Shown piece by piece: positions 26,596-28,552 of a DNA stretch of 28,552 nucleotides. The position numbers and the translations under genes were made by a program. A model generated the notes under the pieces. It worked only from the letters and a program-made list of their open reading frames with translations. It was not told where the DNA came from and did not search any database. Source of the DNA: Armatimonadota bacterium (lineage in GTDB: Bacteria; Armatimonadota; Zipacnadia; Zipacnadales; UBA5352); the NCBI GenBank assembly GCA_034722055.1, contig JAYENL010000053.1, forward strand, positions 1 to 28,552, in the 5' to 3' direction. Within the stretch, counting starts at the first letter, position 1. Every line of letters starts with the position of its first letter.

Positions 26596-26862
26596 CTACT
26601 GCCCCAGCCCCTGCAGGTAGTCCATGATCGGCGGCAGGCGGCCGAACAGCAGCAGGAAGGCCAGCAGTACATAGATGACCAGGGACTCGATCAGCGCCAG
26701 CGAGAGGATCAGCGCGCTGCGGATGTCCCCCGCGGCCTCGGGCTGTCGGGCGATGCCCTCCATCGCCGATATGGCGGCGCGGCCCTGGGCAGTGGCCGCG
26801 AAGACTACCGCCAGGGGGAGCCCAAGGCCCACAACGAGAGTAAGCGTGGTCGCGTAGTCCAT
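26596..26862 (-). CDS. atpE: Fo ATP synthase subunit c
   Basis: Two TM helices, ARQPE loop, LIESLVIY carboxylate; GGAGGT RBS. Confidence 0.97.
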   Translation of the reverse strand: MDYATTLTLVVGLGLPLAVVFAATAQGRAAISAMEGIARQPEAAGDIRSALILSLALIESLVIYVLLAFLLLFGRLPPIMDYLQGLGQ

Positions 26863-26912
26863 CGTTGGTCAGACCTCCTGATTCGTACCGTCTGTGGGAA
26901 GCTCCGGCGGGC

Positions 26913-27722
26913 TCAGGCCGCCTGCGCCTGCTGTGGCGCCTCCTCGTGCCCATGCTCGCCGTGCGCGTCATGTTCGTGAGCGGACGTCGCCGTCTCGATG
27001 TAGGCGGCGCTGAGAATGAAGAAGATGAAGGCCTGGATGGGCCCGATTATCAGGTGTAGCAGGACATTGATGATCTGCACCGGGATGGGGATTCCGTGCA
27101 GGAACGGGAGCATTGCCGCACTCAGCATTGCCATGCGGGAGATGGCCGTCTCCTCTCCGAACATGTTTCCGAACAGTCGGACCGCCAGCGACAGCGGCTT
27201 GGCCAGCTCCCCTATTATGTGAACGACCAGCATGATCGGCGCCATCAGGACGTACACCAGCTTCATGGCCAGGTCCTCGCCGAGCGGCTGGCCGATGAAG
27301 TGCTGCAGATACCCCACGCCCTGGTCGGCGAAGCCGTAGTACTGGACCGCGAGGAAGACGCACAGCGCCAGCGCGGCGGTCATGTTCAGGGACTCGGTGG
27401 GCGTGATAAAGCCCGGCACCAGACCGAAGAGATTGAGGGACAGGATGTAGAGGAAAAGCGTACCCAGCAGGGGAGCGTACTTCTCGCCGCCCTCGCCGAT
27501 CTGGTCGCGGCAGAAGCCGCGGACCCACTCGACGTACCACTCCCACACGTTCTGCAGGCCCCCCGGCACGCGCTCCCGCCGGCGCGTGCCGGCCCAGGCC
27601 AGGACCACCAGGATGACGATGATCAGCCAGCTATTGACCACGTACAGGTCCACATAGCCCTGCCAGGCCTCGGGCATGGCATCGACGAGTGGTTTGAGCC
27701 AGCTTCCAGGTGCCTCGTGCAT
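26913..27722 (-). CDS. atpB: Fo ATP synthase subunit a
   Basis: PGGLQN, NLFGLVPG, KPLSLAVRLFGNMFGEE (essential Arg), IQAFIFFILSAAY. Start taken at ATG 27722. Confidence 0.95.
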   Translation of the reverse strand: MHEAPGSWLKPLVDAMPEAWQGYVDLYVVNSWLIIVILVVLAWAGTRRRERVPGGLQNVWEWYVEWVRGFCRDQIGEGGEKYAPLLGTLFLYILSLNLFGLVPGFITPTESLNMTAALALCVFLAVQYYGFADQGVGYLQHFIGQPLGEDLAMKLVYVLMAPIMLVVHIIGELAKPLSLAVRLFGNMFGEETAISRMAMLSAAMLPFLHGIPIPVQIINVLLHLIIGPIQAFIFFILSAAYIETATSAHEHDAHGEHGHEEAPQQAQAA

Positions 27723-27729
27723 GATGGCG

Positions 27730-28146
27730 TCACTGCGGCACGTTGGTGTGGGCATTCGCGTCGGCCGCTGACGACAGCGGCCAGCCAGCGGCGACCACCA
27801 GCAGCACCACCAGCGCCAGGGTGTAGCCGCCGGCGAAGGCGATGACGTCCCCGTGCAGAACCAGGATAATCAGATATGCGAAGGCCCCCGCCATAAGGAA
27901 CTTGCCCGCGTGCAGAAGCCAGTAGGGCCAGGTGGGACCCTTTCGCTGGCCCGGCGGCACCACGAGTCTGCTCAGTACAAAAACGAGGGCGCTGAGCATG
28001 CCCGCGCCCGTGAGCGCCCCTCCGATGAAGCCCAGCGCTACCAGCGAGTGGCCCAGGACATAGAGCGGGACCGTGATGGCGACCGCCGCGGCGGCTCCCA
28101 CCGCCACGATCGCTCGGACGCGGTCCGGCCCGGCGTCACTCGTCAT
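27730..28146 (-). CDS. atpI: ATP synthase protein I (four-TM type)
   Basis: Four hydrophobic segments; position between the small AtpZ-like gene and atpB; start overlaps the upstream gene end. Confidence 0.7.
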   Translation of the reverse strand: MTSDAGPDRVRAIVAVGAAAAVAITVPLYVLGHSLVALGFIGGALTGAGMLSALVFVLSRLVVPPGQRKGPTWPYWLLHAGKFLMAGAFAYLIILVLHGDVIAFAGGYTLALVVLLVVAAGWPLSSAADANAHTNVPQ

Positions 28147-28348
28147 CGTTGCGCATGAGCTGCAGGATCTGTGCCAGGCCCGCCGCCGCCCCAAGCAGGA
28201 AGCCGACGACCTGCAGCCACGGCTCCGTCCCCAGAAGCTCGTCCAGCCACCACCCCACGCCGTAGCCGATGATAATCGAGAGGGGTATCGACCAGGCCAG
28301 CAGCCAATAGCCGGCCCCCTTCATGAGGGGGCTGTCAGAGCCGCGCAT
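28136..28348 (-). CDS. AtpZ/AtpI family small membrane protein
   Basis: IIIGYGVGWWLDELLGTEPWLQVVGFLLGAAAG motif; GGAGG RBS before ATG 28348. Confidence 0.9.
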   Translation of the reverse strand: MRGSDSPLMKGAGYWLLAWSIPLSIIIGYGVGWWLDELLGTEPWLQVVGFLLGAAAGLAQILQLMRNDDE

Positions 28349-28368
28349 GTCGCCGCCTCCACCCATCC

Positions 28369-28397
28369 ATTGTAGAATCTGCCGCCTCCGGCGTCAA
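28369..28397 (-). promoter_or_regulatory. Sigma70-type promoter of the atp operon
   Basis: TTGACG-N17-TACAAT on the minus strand, 20 nt upstream of ATG 28348. Confidence 0.85.
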
Positions 28398-28472
28398 GCG
28401 TCCCGCCCTGCCAGGGCGCGGGTGTGCGGTACCGGCAGCCTTGCCCGCCGGCCGTTTGCCATGGCCGTTCCC

Positions 28473-28508
28473 TTTGGCGGGACCGGCCTCCGTTCCGGCC
28501 CGGTCGTT
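28473..28508. repeat. Diverged inverted copy of the REP-like element at 15548-15583
   Basis: tttggcgggaccggcctccgttccggcccggtcgtt versus reverse complement tttggaggggccggtctccgtcccggcccggtcgtt (32/36 identical). Confidence 0.8.
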
Positions 28509-28512
28509 GTCA

Positions 28513-28548
28513 TGGGCTCCATCCTTCGCGTGGGCTCCATCCTTCGCG
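28513..28548. repeat. Exact 18-bp tandem duplication
   Basis: tgggctccatccttcgcg x2, at the window edge. Confidence 0.9.
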
Positions 28549-28552
28549 TAGG

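Overview
GC-rich bacterial window. The pilin N-terminus ([34 protein letters not shown]) and gene context suggest Armatimonadota, which is an inference. The left part (+ strand, 670-14532) is accessory. It holds three very large putative carbohydrate-processing proteins around a lower-GC DUF1559/H-X9-DG prepilin-like gene. Two of the three are paralogous heparinase II/III-like proteins (one without a signal peptide, one secreted and multidomain) and the third is a secreted glycosidase-like protein. They are followed by GNAT, DedA and a receiver/truncated-methyltransferase ORF. The right part (- strand) is mostly housekeeping: a full F1Fo operon (atpZ-I-B-E-F-H-A-G-D-C), murA, mbl/mreB, an FAD oxidoreductase with a discoidin-like tail, pdxT and a sugar-phosphate nucleotidyltransferase. 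Hand reading of intergenic DNA gave four signals. (1) A bipartite motif G[CG]AGG[AT]-N16-GCGAA, resembling a SigH-type promoter, sits at identical spacing in front of four putative carbohydrate-related genes, whereas the housekeeping units have TTGACG-N17-TAnnnT. (2) A dispersed REP-like family has a fixed 22-nt hairpin plus a CTCC(A) foot, with covarying stems. (3) GCTNNNN heptamer arrays form long inverted repeats. (4) A probable decayed SGNH-hydrolase remnant abuts the REP cluster. No rRNA, tRNA, CRISPR array or transposase was recognised. All family calls come from motif recognition by eye, not database searches.
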